DNA of 56,785 bases, counting the filler, from Basidiobolus ranarum (lineage: Eukaryota): NCBI GenBank assembly GCA_040143965.1. It is 4 parts of 4 records of this genome, joined end to end, with 100 filler letters (N's around TTAATTAATTAA, not from the genome) between each part and the next. Parts side by side here need not be neighbours in the genome. Positions count along the whole stretch, not along the records: positions 1 to 14,143 come from JASJQH010000439.1; 3 more parts are not named here. One strand, written 5' to 3'. A program made the translations under genes and the position numbers. The number at the start of each line of letters is the position of its first letter. Position 1 is the first letter of the stretch. The notes beneath the pieces are model-generated. The model had not been told where the DNA came from and made no database searches. It was given only the letters and a program-made list of their open reading frames with translations. Shown here piece by piece: positions 1-14,243 of the stretch.

Positions 1-273
1 AGTCACATTCTCTCCTCCAAATCCTCTGGTCCCTATTTCTTTGGTGAGCAATACTCACTGGTGGAGATTGCCCTCTCACCTTTTGTCAGTAGATTAGCAG
101 TCATTGCTAAGTTCGCCAAGTTCGAGATTCCTGAGGTCCCAGAGTTGGAGGCTTATTTAAATTGGGCTGAGAGCATTCAAAAGCGTCCGTCTTTCATCCA
201 CAGCTCTCTACCACCTGAGGAATTGTACAGTTTTACCGAGAAATTGGCTACTAAATTCAGAGCGTTGCTTTAA
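1..273 (+). CDS. Glutathione S-transferase, C-terminal part (5' end outside window)
   Basis: Frame 1 from base 1 reads SHILSSKSSGPYFFGEQYSLVEIALSPFVSRL...YLNWAESIQKRPSF. This matches the GST C-terminal GPY/FxG..(F/Y)SLxD/E..xPFxxRL and W...xRPS pattern. Confidence 0.8.
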   Translation, partial: SHILSSKSSGPYFFGEQYSLVEIALSPFVSRLAVIAKFAKFEIPEVPELEAYLNWAESIQKRPSFIHSSLPPEELYSFTEKLATKFRALL

Positions 274-570
274 TGTAGATCAAAATAATGTTTATATATA
301 TTCTCAATAAAGAATTGGTTGCAAATGGATTTATTCAGATATATTCGCTAATGCTCAATGCTATGTCAAAGCTCTATATAGATTCAGTACCGATATCCAG
401 ATACAATCAAGATGTATATAGAGATGGGTGGGGTTTGAATGGTGGAGGTTAAATGAGAGTATTCGAAAGTGAGAATTCAATTCTCTTCTACGAAAAATTA
501 TAGATTGTATAGTTTTTTTGAATTTCATTCAGCCAGTGAAAGATGCACCTCAAAGCCAGGAGGTCGAACT

Positions 571-870
571 TTATAATTGTATTCTGTTAGCCCCAGGGAA
601 AGTAGCCGCCCTGCGAACCTGACGAGGTCTCAAGGGAATCGGGTAATTGAATAACATAATGGAATCCTCAGCATGCTGAGAAGAAACAGTGCTAGTAGCA
701 ATGGTGGAGCTACGTTGAAGACAAGGGCGCTCTAACCTATCAAATGGTGATCTATTTGATGACGAGGTAGAAGAGGACCCTGGAGACTGTGCACGATCGC
801 TATTGCGATAAAATACCCTGGTAGAGGAAGTGACAGCAGAGTAAAGGGAGTTATCAGCGGCGTATCTCAT
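571..870 (-). CDS. Small Ser-rich hypothetical protein (99 aa)
   Basis: ATG-initiated ORF with a TATAAAA on the minus strand at ~982-988. No recognisable domain. Confidence 0.4.
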   Translation of the reverse strand: MRYAADNSLYSAVTSSTRVFYRNSDRAQSPGSSSTSSSNRSPFDRLERPCLQRSSTIATSTVSSQHAEDSIMLFNYPIPLRPRQVRRAATFPGANRIQL

Positions 871-2087
871 CTTGGTAATAAGTCACAAAATTAAGAAAAG
901 TACTTGTGGATATAAGGTTGATACTGTGATGATAATTCCCAAACTCTTTCGCTTTGTTGGATAGTGTGAGAATCTATGAACTTTTATAGTGCGCTTGAAG
1001 CAATAAGGGATGCTATGGTTTGAAGCTCATCGGCTTTTGTAACAGATCTCGGAAAGGCTGACGAGGATATCCTACAAGTCGGTGAAGCAAAACCCTCTTA
1101 GGTTATTGTAAACTCGCCATAGCTCTACAGAGCAGCTTGTAGTCTAAATTTCAAGAAACTCGAGACAACCCTGGCCATGTAATGCGATGGAATGTAACAA
1201 TGTTCGACAAGTGTTTGAGATATGGCTAGCTATTTTCTGTGCGGACTAAATTCTCGCTCTCGGAAGTTTCATCACTGAAGAAGGCATAGTACAAACAAGC
1301 GTTTCAAATTGTGCTGTTTTGATTCCATCAAAGCTTAGCCACCTTTTGCCAAACAACCCGTAACACAATACTCGGTGATAGCCCCGCCTTTTTCATTGCT
1401 TTATTTAGTTTGTAAGGACAAGGACCAGGACCAGGACTGGGGTGTGGAGATACGATGTGTGTGGAGGTACAGATCAAGTTGTTATTTTTCACTAATTAAA
1501 CGCTTAGGGCCATATATAGGTAGTTTATTAGCTACTTTTCATTCGCTACTTCTCTCCATCCATATTTGAGTGACATACCCTAACCACTATCCCCTTAAAC
1601 AACCCCTTTCCTTGTCCCAAACATTCAGTTAATTTAATTTGAATGCTGTGAATCGACAAATCCATCAGTGTGATCTTAATTCTGTAACCTGTAATTTAGT
1701 TCAGCCAATAAAATACCATTATTTCGAAATATAGGTTTTTCAATTTCAACCAGTGCAAGATTATCCCATTTCACGTGACTATGATTAAAGAGGGAAGCAG
1801 CATAAGTTGATTAAGGGTCGGGTTAATGCCCGTAAGAACAGTCCAAATTTCCTTTCTAATTTGATGCTGTCTCATTCCTCCTCTTTCAGAAAAACACGCA
1901 AGATCATCATTGTATTGTTACCTTAGTGTAACAACATAAAGTAAGAGCCCCTTATATTTTCTTTAGGGAAAACATCTAGTGACCCTGACATATCTAACAA
2001 ATCTATTTTCTGTCACAGAGCCTCGTTTTCTTCTAATTTTCTGAAAGCTAGAGTTTTTCCACCTCAAATTATCACTTTTCTTGAAAT

Positions 2088-5000
2088 ATGTCGTTAAAGT
2101 CCCAGGGGAGTGATGAGTTAATTCTAAAGCCACCTGATTCTAACATCAGTATTTCAACAGCCGATTCTTCTACTTCCGACACGTTTTTACAGAAAGTAAT
2201 AGCAGAACGCAACACATTGCGAATACAAAATGATCAACTATGGAAAATCATTGAGAAACAACGTACAATCATCCAACAACTCCAGAAAGTATCTTCCAAA
2301 AACTCTGCTTTATTACGGCAAAAAATGGCAGAAAACCGTAACCCAAAAGGACTAGGTGTTTCTGTAGATTTTACTTCTAAGCAAAGTAGCCTGGAGCAAG
2401 AGTCTTCTGAGGACTTATTTCTAGAACCACTTTCACCAACTTCACTTGATTCTCATACAAATGAGATACTCTTTCAAATAGAGCTCTCTAAACGAACTTC
2501 TGACCTTGATAGTATTTCTGATTTCATTTCTTCCACTGAACACGACTCCAACTCTCTTATAGCACACGCCCGCACCAATTCTCTCGATTCTGAACGCGCT
2601 ACAAATACAATATTACCTGAAATATCCTCAAAAACCCTTCGTAGATCTATAACCTCCCCTTTACCTCTAAACTTAATGAAACCTTCAGTAATTCCTCCTT
2701 CAGAGGAACGAATAACTCCTACTTCATATTTAAATTTCTCAAGACCTCCTAGAACTAACTACCCACCTTCTCCGCTTTCACTAACAGAAGGGGTATTGGA
2801 TATCCCAATTACAAATAAGATCAGAGCACCGCTATCTCCGTTATTCCCCTCACCTATCCCGATATCTTGTAAAAGTGAAGAAAATACTAATGGACATAGT
2901 GATGATGATTACGGTATTGATGTAATCACAGAGTCGCCTAGCGTTTCGCAAGAAGGTAGGAATGAGTGTCATATAAAATATCAAAACCATGAACAGGTGA
3001 ATATTAACAAGAAACTGAATCTAGCTACTAATAACACCCTTCGACCTCGAAAACCAGTATCTCACCACACAAAAAATATGCATTCCAGGTTAACACTCGA
3101 TGAATTTGGACCCGATTGTATCGAAAGAAACACGCTTTCCCAGAATTCACAAGAATTCGATGAGAAAAACGACAAATCCTCTGACGATGTTCAGACAGAA
3201 GAAATCCACCAAATCGAACCCGCTTCACCTTTGGTCGAAAATCCAGGAACATTTGACCTTAACACGGAAAAGGGCAATGATGAAACTTCTAAAGATATTG
3301 AACCCCTTACACATAATTTAATTCTTACTGAACACGAACACGATGAACCCACTAATAACAAGCTGCCCTCAACACTAGATACTACACTTGATTCACGATT
3401 ATCATTTGTCGTTGATGGGGGCGACACAAAGGCTGTTCCAAGCAACGAAGTCTGTGATACAAACCAGGCTGCCATTACCGACAATACGGATCATGAACCA
3501 GATATATCGAATATCCAACAAACTATAGAAGAAACCGCCCCCGAGGATGAGAATCACAATAACATTGAAATACCGACATTAACTAAGCCTGAATTAGATA
3601 ACTCAACCCCAAAGACACTCACACCTCTAAGTTCTCAAGAATCCTTTTCCATATCTTCGCATAATATGATGTCATCCACTATACTTGACAAAGCACTCCC
3701 TAACCCAAGCCATTATCTTCAATCAGCGTCCCCCGCTCCTCATACCGACATGGATCTCAACTCATCAGCAAAGTCATCTGCCATCAATCAAGGTTGTAAA
3801 CTGACATCTTTGATTGGTGTCGATATTCGAGTAACAGGATCTGCCGTTAGGATCAACTCCAATGGAAAGGAGATACTGGTGTTTTTGATAGGAGTCGGTA
3901 AACGAAGTGGACTCGCCAAACTTCACGAACTTTGGACAGTTGAAAAATATTATTCCGACTTTTTGGCACTAGACGCAAAGGTTCGTCGTTCAAACTCTGA
4001 CCGAGTATTAATCATATTCATATTGATCTCTTGGTTTTATTGAATGAACTCAGCTTAAGCGTACGCAACCTCGAAGCAGCGTTCTACGAATTGGTAAACT
4101 TCCAGACCGTAATCTATTCTTTACTCACGCACCTTCGAAAGTAGATCAACGCAAGGTAATATGTCATGAAACCGTAATACAATTCGCAGTATCGTTTTAT
4201 TGACTTTTTGTTGATATTTACTAATAACATGTAGCTCGCGCTTCAAAAATATCTTCAACATCTGATTTCCTTGAATTTTTCTCACAATACTGATATTTGT
4301 GAATTTCTTTCGACAAATATCGCCAAGAAAGTGAAAACCACCGAAAGAGTATAGCGATTCGTTGAGTTTCACCTTGTCTATAATAAGATCTAACTTAATA
4401 TATTAATGTAGATCATGGGGATTAAAGAAGGTTATCTAACTAAACGTGGGAAGAATTTTGGTGGCTGGAAACGACGCTATTTCGTATTGAAAAGTCCGAT
4501 CTTTGAATATTATGAGGCTGTAAGTGATTCAAATATACTTGAAATTACTTTAATATCAGAATTAACTAGTACTGGTTTAACAGAAGGACGGATCGTATCT
4601 TGGCTCAATCAAAGTATCCCATTGTCACATATCTAGACAACCATCTAATGCAGGGATAGGCGATACACCTTACCGCCACGCACTGATGATAGTAGAGCCG
4701 AAAAAGAATGGTTCAGGCGTCAACCGACATATCTTATGTGCCGATAGTGATGCTGAACGCGATGAATGGGTAGCAACTCTTAATTTCTATACCACCAATA
4801 CTAGTATAACCCCCACACCTTCAATTTCCGCCGTCTCGGAAGCAGAGAGCGAAAGCTCAAAATCAGGTAGCCAAACGCCCGCTAAAAAGGGAGGCAAGCT
4901 GAGAAAGCTGATACGAAATGATTCACCTAACAACCCTAGACGTACCAACTCTCCTATACCAAGAACAGAATCGCCTACTCCACTCAGCCCTATTAAATCT

Positions 5001-6801
5001 CACGGCGATGTAAATCATCATTATTCTCATTCTCTCGAAACAAACAACCTCAGTCATATGACAAAAGCTAGTATTAACTATGGTGCAACGGAGGCCTCTA
5101 GTCTACCTGATACTGCGAAATCAACCCATCGTAAAAGCTTTTCTTTCAAAGAACGACTTCTACGATCCACATCTCCCCCACCTCCGGTACCTCTTCTACC
5201 CATCAATGTGGATAGTATTTCCTCGGATCCCTCCCCTCTATCGCCTTCATTGGCTAAAAAGTCTTTTGGGAGCAGCCTGATAAGCACCAAGCAGAACAAG
5301 GAAAAGGAACTCAATACACCCAGAAAGCGGACTCCATTTGGCTGGGGAAAGAAGATATTCTCTGGAAATGGTACGAAGAATATAAGAGTATACATTGGTA
5401 ACTTTCTAGCGCTAATCAGAGATGTCCATTTTTTTTAGATCCCAAGAACCGAGAACCTCTAATACCTATATTTGGATCACCATTAGAGAAAGCTGTAGAG
5501 GCCTCCAGAATCAACGATGGCTATGAATTACCTGCAGTTGTTCATAGATGTATTGAGTATTTGGATGCCAAAGGAGGTATGTTATATATGTGACTATCGA
5601 TCCTTTGAACATTTAAAAGTTATTTATATATTTATTTTCAACCGCACCACATAGCTCACAAAGAGGAAGGTATATATCGATTATCCGGCAGTACATCAAC
5701 TGTGAAGATGTTGAAAGATAAATTCAATGCAGGTATATAGACTTTCCTCAGCATCAAAGTTTTGAGAAATTCATTCTAAAGATCTATACTATAGAGGGGG
5801 ATTATAACATTCTAAAATCCGGGGTTTATTATGATATACATGCGGTATCTGGGATTTTGAAACTTTATCTGCGTGAACTTCCCGTTAGTATATTAACAAG
5901 ATCACTTCACACGGAGTTCCTCCATGTAACAGGTAATTAATCTTGTCCAGCAATGGAAATACTTCCCACTTTACTAATACGTATACACTAGATTTACTTA
6001 ATCGACGTGAAAGGGTCAATGAATTAGGTCGATTAATATCCACCCTTCCACTCGCCAATTATACGCTACTTCGTTGTCTAATGGCTCATTTAATTCGAAT
6101 CGTTCAACATTCAGATGTTAACAAGATGACAGTTCGTAATATTGGAATCGTATTTTCACCCACATTAGGAGTTCCAGCTGGTGTATTTAGCCTTTTAATG
6201 ACAGAATTTGAATATATATTCTGGGTGAATGATGACGGTTGCGCAGCACCCAAAAAGATCGAAGATGCTGAATGCGAGGAAGATATTAAATCTAGAAGGG
6301 TCGATGAAGGAGATATGGTTAAAGTATCTACATCACACCCTGAATCTCCTATTGTGCTTGAGACATCAGAGTCTATGGATAGTGGTATTCCAGAAGAGGA
6401 AACGATGCAATCTACAAGGAGGCCTCCACAAATTAGGACATTTTTGCAGGATCAAATTGGACGCAGCAATCGAAACAGCGTCATTTACGCAGACTCGGCT
6501 CCACAAGAGTTTGTTAGAATGGAAAAAGATCTTCAAGGTAATTAAATATTCTAGGCCATCAGCAATCAGGGAATGGAAACTAATCGTAATATTTGTTTCT
6601 ACAATAATAGGATTGAACACCGGTTTTGAATGTGACGAGGAAGATTTATATGACCTGGTAAACCCTACCGGCGCATCTGTATCTGATACCTCCTACTTCA
6701 TAGGTTCTCCTGAAGCGAATGAATGCTATTTGAACCTAGGTGGAGATTCGCAAAGCATGAATGATTCAGATTATTCCGACGATGACATAGAAAATAACTG
6801 A
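2088..6801 (+). CDS. Bem3/Rga2-like Rho GTPase-activating protein (coiled coil - PX - PH - RhoGAP), multi-exon
   Basis: N-terminal coil ERNTLRIQNDQLWKIIEKQR; PX (WTVEKYYSDFLALDAK|LKR..., intron from 3981); PH (KEGYLTKRGKNFGGWKRRYFVL, LCADSDAERDEW); RhoGAP (EEGIYRLSG, LKLYLRELP, NKMTVRNIGIVFSPTL). GT-AG introns connect the ORF pieces; stop at 6801. Confidence 0.9.
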
Positions 6802-7331
6802 GAGTCACGTGAACCAGAGGATAGTAAACAACGTGCAGGACACGTAATGGCTTTTTGAAACGCACTTTCTCTACTTGTATTTTATTCCATCTGAGCCATA
6901 TATTCACATATATATATACACCTACCCGATGTTGAGAGTCCACCTTGATATTGATTATTAAATCATTTAATGCGACGCAATTTAACCAGGCAACCAATCC
7001 AATATTTGCATTTATACCACTGATGGTATTAGAGATCAAAAATCAAATTACCTATTTTAATGTGCAATCTTGTGGTATATAGATTGATCAAACTATATTC
7101 CATTTAACCATCTGAACACAGGATGAGGGGCGATTGAATCCAATGTAAGTGCATATAAACATTCCCTTAGTGAGGTGAATAGAAGAAAAAAAGCCAATAT
7201 CTTCTTGGGGGGACCACACAGAAGAACACTCAAACATCGTTTTAATGCTGAACTATCTAAACATCGCCGTAAATAGTTGCGACTACAGTATGTGTGCTTT
7301 ATAATTAGAATGCTGACCATTGGCGGAATTT

Positions 7332-7388
7332 TGAAATTCTACCCTTGATATATATACTAAGTGAAATTCTACCCTTGATATATATACT
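7332..7388. repeat. Tandem duplication of 27 bp (TGAAATTCTACCCTTGATATATATACT x2, period 30)
   Basis: Exact direct repeat visible in the sequence. Confidence 0.9.
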
Positions 7389-8454
7389 TCCAAAACGTGC
7401 GTTTCATCGGTTATGCGTAGTTGTGGATACAGATGCAGATGATCTGAGCTTCTCGACAGGTGACAGGCGAGCTCAAGATATAACCAGAAAAATGCCCATG
7501 TAAATCAAATTCCAAGTTAGACCACAATCCAATCAAGTAAAAGCCGCATATGGAAAAACTGGGGTAGATTTATAAATGTAATCCACTATATTAACTTGGG
7601 ACACTTCTTGGGGGCTGCGATGAAACACATGTAACATCTTCACAAACCCATGCTTTCATGAGTTACACCAAGACTCGTATTTTAAATGAATACTGAATTG
7701 GGGGTGGTTCGACATCTTACTCGACATCTTACTCGATTACCATTCATTCCTCCATTGTTCTTGTTTGCTCCATAACTATTCATCATACCATATATATTCA
7801 TCAAGGGCCCATGCGTCATAATATGATAGGAACATATGATCTGATTTGATGGGTAGTTTCGGCCTCGGTTTCGGTTTCTATGCTATCAATCTTTGTGGGC
7901 TGCAGTGGTTGTTTAGTATACATGAGATGTGGTGTGATGCCAGCACCTATACAAGCGCTAAATATCCATTGTTTTAATCAGCTTGTCGTTCAAACTAGAT
8001 ATGAATAGAGATATGCTTGCCTAGTTTGTTTTAGAAAATTTATTCAGGGGGAGGACTGACCCGAGTATCAATGTGATGTGGGTGTGAGTATAGTTTTATT
8101 GGAGTACCACATACCAGGTAATGACTCGTTAGCCCCGGCCAATGCAGATAGTCATCCCTGATGAAAAGAAAAAACCGCTACACCTTGAATGAAAACGAAA
8201 TTTGATTGGATTGTTGTAAACACAACCACTAGATTTGATAATATCATGCTATTTTACGATCGGCATTTAGTATCCTAATAATTTGGGACTCGGGAGGATC
8301 AAGAAATTTGTATAAAAGAGTGATCAGCGACACTATTAATAATGTTTGTTGGGGCTCGGACCCCTTCCCATTATTATCATACACCTCTCAACTCCTTAAC
8401 ATAGTACTATTTACGAGCTCCTCCTTCCCTTTCATATTGTGAAAAGTCCCTCCT

Positions 8455-9195
8455 ATGGATACTAATTTTCAAACGTACAATTGTCCAGTCTGTGACAAGA
8501 TGTTTCTTCGCTCAGATAATCTAAATCGGCATATCAAAACACACACCGGTGAAAAGCCCTACCGTTGCGAATATCCTGATTGTCACAAGCAATTTTCACG
8601 TTCCGACGAATTGAAACGACACTTTAAGGTTCATAATCAGAAATCAATGGAAAAAAGCGACCGACGACGTTCATATATCAGTATAAGCGATTCAACTACT
8701 CCCACTCACACACTCTCAGCCGATACAAGTATCAATCAAAGAAAGGATAATATGGGGGATATTGGTGGCTTTAATAGCAGACAAACCAACGTTGAAGATA
8801 CAAGAATCGGTACTAGTGAATATGCTGATGTTACTACGGCTCCAACCGATAGTACTTCGCAATACGCGAAAGAGATGATATATTGTGATCCTCATCAGTC
8901 AATCACTCATGGTCAACAGAAAATGGGCTTGTCCTTCTCAGCTACCTATACTTCGAGTGAAGCTCGAGAAGCGACTCACTCCGATCCTTATCATACCTAC
9001 TCGAAGATCGGGTCCACTCTATCCCATTCTGTCATCTACTCTTCCGAATCATCCGACTATACCGGAAATCCTAGTCGTTCTTCAGAAAAGTCCATCTTTG
9101 AGGCATCCTCATCAACAGGTATCATTCAGGCATCCACAGTTCGCCATAAACCAAGGCAATCACCGATGGATATTCAATCGTTACTTAATGAGTGA
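8455..9195 (+). CDS. C2H2 zinc-finger transcription factor (2 N-terminal fingers), single exon
   Basis: CPVC...[25 protein letters not shown]...[13 protein letters not shown]-terminal [16 protein letters not shown] at ~8311. Confidence 0.92.
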   Translation: MDTNFQTYNCPVCDKMFLRSDNLNRHIKTHTGEKPYRCEYPDCHKQFSRSDELKRHFKVHNQKSMEKSDRRRSYISISDSTTPTHTLSADTSINQRKDNMGDIGGFNSRQTNVEDTRIGTSEYADVTTAPTDSTSQYAKEMIYCDPHQSITHGQQKMGLSFSATYTSSEAREATHSDPYHTYSKIGSTLSHSVIYSSESSDYTGNPSRSSEKSIFEASSSTGIIQASTVRHKPRQSPMDIQSLLNE

Positions 9196-9952
9196 TGCAT
9201 CTGAATACCCATATGTAGAGTACCCTTGGTGCAATTTGGAATTTCGAAAATTCCCAATTAGAAAAGTATTTCAACTTTCAGTGATTGATTTCCATGGAAT
9301 AACTAGTAATTGAGGATAGAATTGATTACCTAGATTTTTGCTTCGCTAACTTTCGTATTAGGAGGCTTACTACTGGAGAGTACTTTCCTTTACATTGCTA
9401 TACTACCAACCCTCGAGATATTGGAGAGATTTCATTTGATTTTGATGTTAGCTTAAACACATATAAATTGCTAGTACAATATATATATGTATATTCTTCA
9501 TTAATCTCTAGTATGATGACTTTGCCAGGCTTTACCAAGAACCCTATGGATTGCTTCTATCACCATCAGCATTGGCTGAATTTGTTATTGAACCCTGATG
9601 TATTCACCCAAAGGCCCATGCCCTATAGGATATATATAGTATATGTAAACATGAATTTATTCTCTGTATTATTAATGAATTACACTTTGTCAGACATGAT
9701 GAAATTCTTTGTAGGTTTGTCATTTGCTGTTCTAGGAATGATTTATTTACAATACCCAAAAGAAGTGTTACTTGCGTTATACTTATGCATTATGTAGGTA
9801 GGGAGAATTAAATTGTATCGCCTCTATATATCTATGGAAGGTAGGATGCTCTACAAATTGATTGGATTTTGGATGCTTTTAGGGGGGATATGGTTTCTTT
9901 GGATTTACATGAACAGAGAAATTTCAGTATTGTCTGATTGCCTTCATGCTCT

Positions 9953-10519
9953 TCATGCCTCCGATTCATCTGGACCCCAGTGTTCGTATTGCGCCTGGTG
10001 CTTGGTCAAAGTGGTCCGTCGGGTGAAGGATTTCCCACAGTCAGGGTGTAAGCATCTATATGGCCTTACCCCTAAATGTGTACGTCTATGCCGGGTCATT
10101 GAAGAAGACTAGAGTGAATGGAATATATTCGGTAAGTAAGGTGAAAAAAGAAAGCGAGACAGGTTCATGATAAATACTCAACATACATCACTAAAAGCGA
10201 GTTGACATCCTGGATAATTACAAACATGAGGTTTCTCTCCAGTGTGAATACGTATATGAACATTAAGTGCGGATTGTTGAATGAACGCTTTCCCACAAAA
10301 TTGACATGGAAATGGACGTTCTCCCGTATGAGTTCGTCGATGTCGATTTAACTCTGAACTTCTTCGAAATTGTTTCTCACAACCCTCCCAAGTACACTTA
10401 TACATCTTACGGGTACGTGGCTTTCTCAAGTTACAATCATCTGGATGAATTACCGTTTCTTTTGTACTGTATTCTTCACTAACTTCGTCGATGGGGTTTA
10501 GTATCAAGTCAAGGTCCAT
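9953..10519 (-). CDS. C2H2 zinc-finger transcription factor (4 fingers, 162 aa); exons 10519-10187 and 10108-9953
   Basis: Fingers joined by TGERP/TGEKP linkers. A GTATGT...CTAG intron restores finger 3 ([16 protein letters not shown]) and adds finger 4 ([25 protein letters not shown]); TGA at 9955-9953. Confidence 0.9.
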
Positions 10520-13510
10520 TCTATGATACTGGGGGGAATAAATAGTACGTGCGCTCTCAAAACAAGTATTTGGATAAATAGAGCAGGGAGAATGAATTAA
10601 AACTAGACATCAAGAAAACCTCGGTTGTAAACAGAGAGGGTTGTGGTAGACCAAAGGCACAAGTCAAGTGAATAGGGAGTAGGGAATGGGGGGTAATTTT
10701 AACAAATATTTGGTAACGCATAGCTATTTATTTAAACCATTGCCGGAAAGTCCCAGTGTGGTCGAAATTTTTCTAGATAGATTTGAAATTGATCTTGCAG
10801 GAAGATCTCTTAGCCAATCGTAGGTATGCGGCGATCCATAAATCCCGTTTGATGAATTCTACAGAGGGGTTATTGGCTATGTAATAATTAAATATGACAC
10901 AGACCTTAATGCTGAAACTTGATTCCGGAATTTTGGATTTCAGAGATGCTGAGCTCAGTCCTTACAATCTTTTAATCCAACACAAAACCCTCTGCGTCTC
11001 TAGGTGACCCTGGCCCATTCATAGCTGGGATGGGAATAGAGGGTGAATGATGGGTGAAGAAGAAGGGTGGATAGGGTGGTAGCTTGAGTGATGGGTGTGG
11101 ATATGAATCTCCATTTCAAGTAAGTGACTTTTATTGTAAATCTAATTTCCTTAACACCTAGACCTTGGTTGGTATTGACAATTATGTAACATGAAAGATC
11201 TTCGAGCCAATGGCTCTATCTTCGCTCAGTTTCCCACTCAATTCCTTATTTGTCTATCATCTGTTGACCCGTTACTACGGCAGCTAGGCTTTCTAAATCG
11301 AATCTAATATATGTATCGTTATTTACTCTGGCCAGTATCCGAACATAACAAATCAACTGCTATCTAATCACGTGATTCTACCAGCCACACTCGGCCCCTT
11401 CCTTTAAACTAATGATAACATTCAAATATCTTTTATGGGAGTGGATTTGGATATATGGCACCAGTATTGATGACAGTTCAGTCACGGCGGTCCAGACCGC
11501 TCTGACAGGCAATCGATTGAGTTTTTATTGATTTTTCTTACTATAAAAGTCTATAAAATCGACAGAATTCTGCAATCTATCTGGTCACTAGGTCGGAGGA
11601 ATATAAGGGTGAATGTGAATGCGAATGTGAGCGAGAATGCGATTATCTATGATGTAAATACCATATTAGTATACTGACGTGTCGTAGCCTTTTCAGGTAT
11701 TACCTTATACTAATCAAGCCAGGGTGAGAGAAATTCCGTGTATGATTGGTTCCATCTCATTCACAGAAGAGGAGGAGCTGAAGTCAAAGAATGATATAAC
11801 ATAAATGGTACTCACTTTTCTATGGACAACTCTTGGTTGATATTTTAGGCTTAGATATCCAATTAGTTAAGAAGTTCCCAATTTTCAGGATGGCTAATCT
11901 GATCTAGAGACGCTCTTGGTAAGTTCCTTGGGTTTCTCTCTTCTCCAAGATCCTCTCTACTACTGTGGAGAGTTGCGAACCTTAACTGTGTGACAAGTTT
12001 CTGTTACGCAACGAAATCACGCTCTATACTGAGTCATAATCTGGTCCACAGACCACCAATTACCGCTACAAAAGTGCAAATTTCATTCTTCATGTATATA
12101 TATAGTAGTATTAAAAGTGTCACTTTGATTTAAGAAGAATACTTGAAAGGTGACTTCCGAGACGAAAAATTGATTTTGAATCAAGTAAATGAACTGCTGA
12201 TGACTATGGGGTTTCATTGATATGGTAACGATGGAATTTCATTCCAATAAACCAGTGGTATATTATGAGGTGAGACTTGACATACCTTTTGGTTAGTAAC
12301 GAACCGTACTAAACTTTGTGTAGAGACATCTACCACTAGGTATCAAGTGTGATCTATGCAGTATAGATCATCATGCAACAGATAGTTATATGTTTGTTGT
12401 ACCAATAATAGAATCGCTGAATCCAAACTCGAGGTTTTCTCCCCACGTAAGCGTTGAGTTGAAGAGTAAAGACATTCATATGGACATTCGATGCCAATGG
12501 ATATAGTTATGATTGTCTAAAGGCTATCGGGTTGGTGGCTTTTAACAGAGTGATTCATTTGTTGTCATTGATTGCCCATACACTAAGAGTGCTTTGAGTA
12601 CTTGAACCACATGATATATTTCATACAGTTGACTCGATCTCAAAGTAAACCATTTTAGGACCTCCCTAACCGGTTATCTAATATTTGGAATAATATCGAA
12701 AGGGAAATATCGGAGGGAGTGGGAAAATTTCCTTGGTATCACGAAAACTTAGATCTCATTTAAATCCTGTTAAAGTGGTTGGTGGTTCCCACCACACGGA
12801 CATTGTAGATGGTTCAAGTGTAGTGGCATAATATGTTATCTGATGGAACTCCCTACACACTACTACCAAACTATTATCATTAACACAATGTGGCTTTGTG
12901 TTAAGGATTTGGTACTGTTCTACATCCATCTTGTAGCAAGCATGCGGCTTAAAATGTGTGGATATTGAGGGTTGAGTGAAATGCTGAGTCAGCTCTAGAA
13001 TACTATCATAGTTACCGATGGGTGAATTTAAGAATCATGTCATGTGTAGGGTTAGTTTTGGTGTTCATTAGTCTACCTATCAATTACTTGATTATATCCG
13101 AATCAATTATTGGTCAGGAAAAAAAAAACCTGACTATCCATATAAGTAATGTAAGATACAATTACTGGATTATGATAGGAATAAGATCCATTTAAATTAC
13201 TCAAATGTTGGAAATATCTGTGCATCTAATAGCATAATAAGTTGCTGCACTCCATCCAGTATGTATTATTTCTTTAAAAATTCAACAATCAAACCTTCAA
13301 CTAGATGCCATAGGATTGTCAAGATTAGGCCAATATTATTTAAGTGAGTAATTCTTCATGTATCATAGTATAACGAGTTCTTTTCAAAGCTGCAATACAA
13401 CAAAATTCAACATTCAATATAGAATCATTCCTAGAATCGCAAAATATCCAAGATTTTATTTGATACTAACAAGTAGAGAAAGTCCACACCCTGGACCAAA
13501 GTAATAGTAT

Positions 13511-13800
13511 TGTTGGAGTGCTTTGGGAGCTATTGGAAGTGAATTGGAGAACCAGAACCATTGATATTTTTTGTTAAATAGTTAATTGGTGTATAAATTG
13601 ACAGTTATGCTTTTGTCACAATGCGGACAAACTGACATGTAGAATATATTTAAGACGATTGCAGAAGCATATATACAAAGCTTGCAATCTTTTTGGGTAT
13701 CGTTACCAAAATCATACAATCTGAGAGCTTGTTGGTGAAAACATTTGAAATAAATTCTAAGTGAAGATGTTGAGCAGTAACTTAGTGAAGCTCAGGTAAC
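13511..13800 (-). mobile_element. Diverged LTR copy (reverse), interrupted at 13801 by a second LTR
   Basis: Begins TGTTGGAGTGCTTTGGGAG, the reverse complement of the LTR 3' end, and aligns loosely to the reverse complement of 13801-14143. Confidence 0.55.
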
Positions 13801-14143
13801 TGTTGAAATTAGCACTGCTTAAACACCTATATAGTCATATATAGCTTAGTACTTAGTTATCTTATAATTCACTAAGATATTATCAATTATTTGCAAGCGG
13901 AATTTACTTAGAATATTTTTACCAACTTAGAAGTTCTCAACTATTTAGATTTTTCAAAATTGTGCTAGAAGCCCCAAACTTTGCACACATGTTCCTGGGA
14001 CCTCCCTTAACACATTCTACACATTAGTCTGCTTACATCTTGACAAAACTATAAATGTCAACTTTCTACTCAATAAATCAATAAGTGAAAACCACCAATT
14101 CCTCTAATTCACCAAACCACTTCCAACAGGCTCCCAAATACTT
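13801..14143 (+). mobile_element. Ty1/Copia-type LTR (~340 bp), cut by contig end
   Basis: Starts TGTTGAAATTAGC and is co-linear with 35431-35760, which ends TTCAACA. Confidence 0.8.
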
Positions 14144-14243
14144 NNNNNNNNNNNNNNNNNNNNNNNNNNNNNNNNNNNNNNNNNNNNTTAATTAATTAAN
14201 NNNNNNNNNNNNNNNNNNNNNNNNNNNNNNNNNNNNNNNNNNN
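14144..14243. other. Artificial contig-joining spacer (N44-TTAATTAATTAA-N44)
   Basis: Identical 100-bp spacer occurs three times; its core gives stop codons in all six frames. Confidence 0.97.

Noticed and set aside
9468-10112. Two hydrophobic + strand ORFs (109 and 99 aa)
   Set aside because: Non-ATG starts, AT-rich 3' region, and the second is antisense to exon 2 of the zinc-finger gene.
14188-14199. TTAATTAATTAA palindrome recurring at three sites
   Set aside because: Synthetic six-frame stop linker embedded in N runs; not biological.
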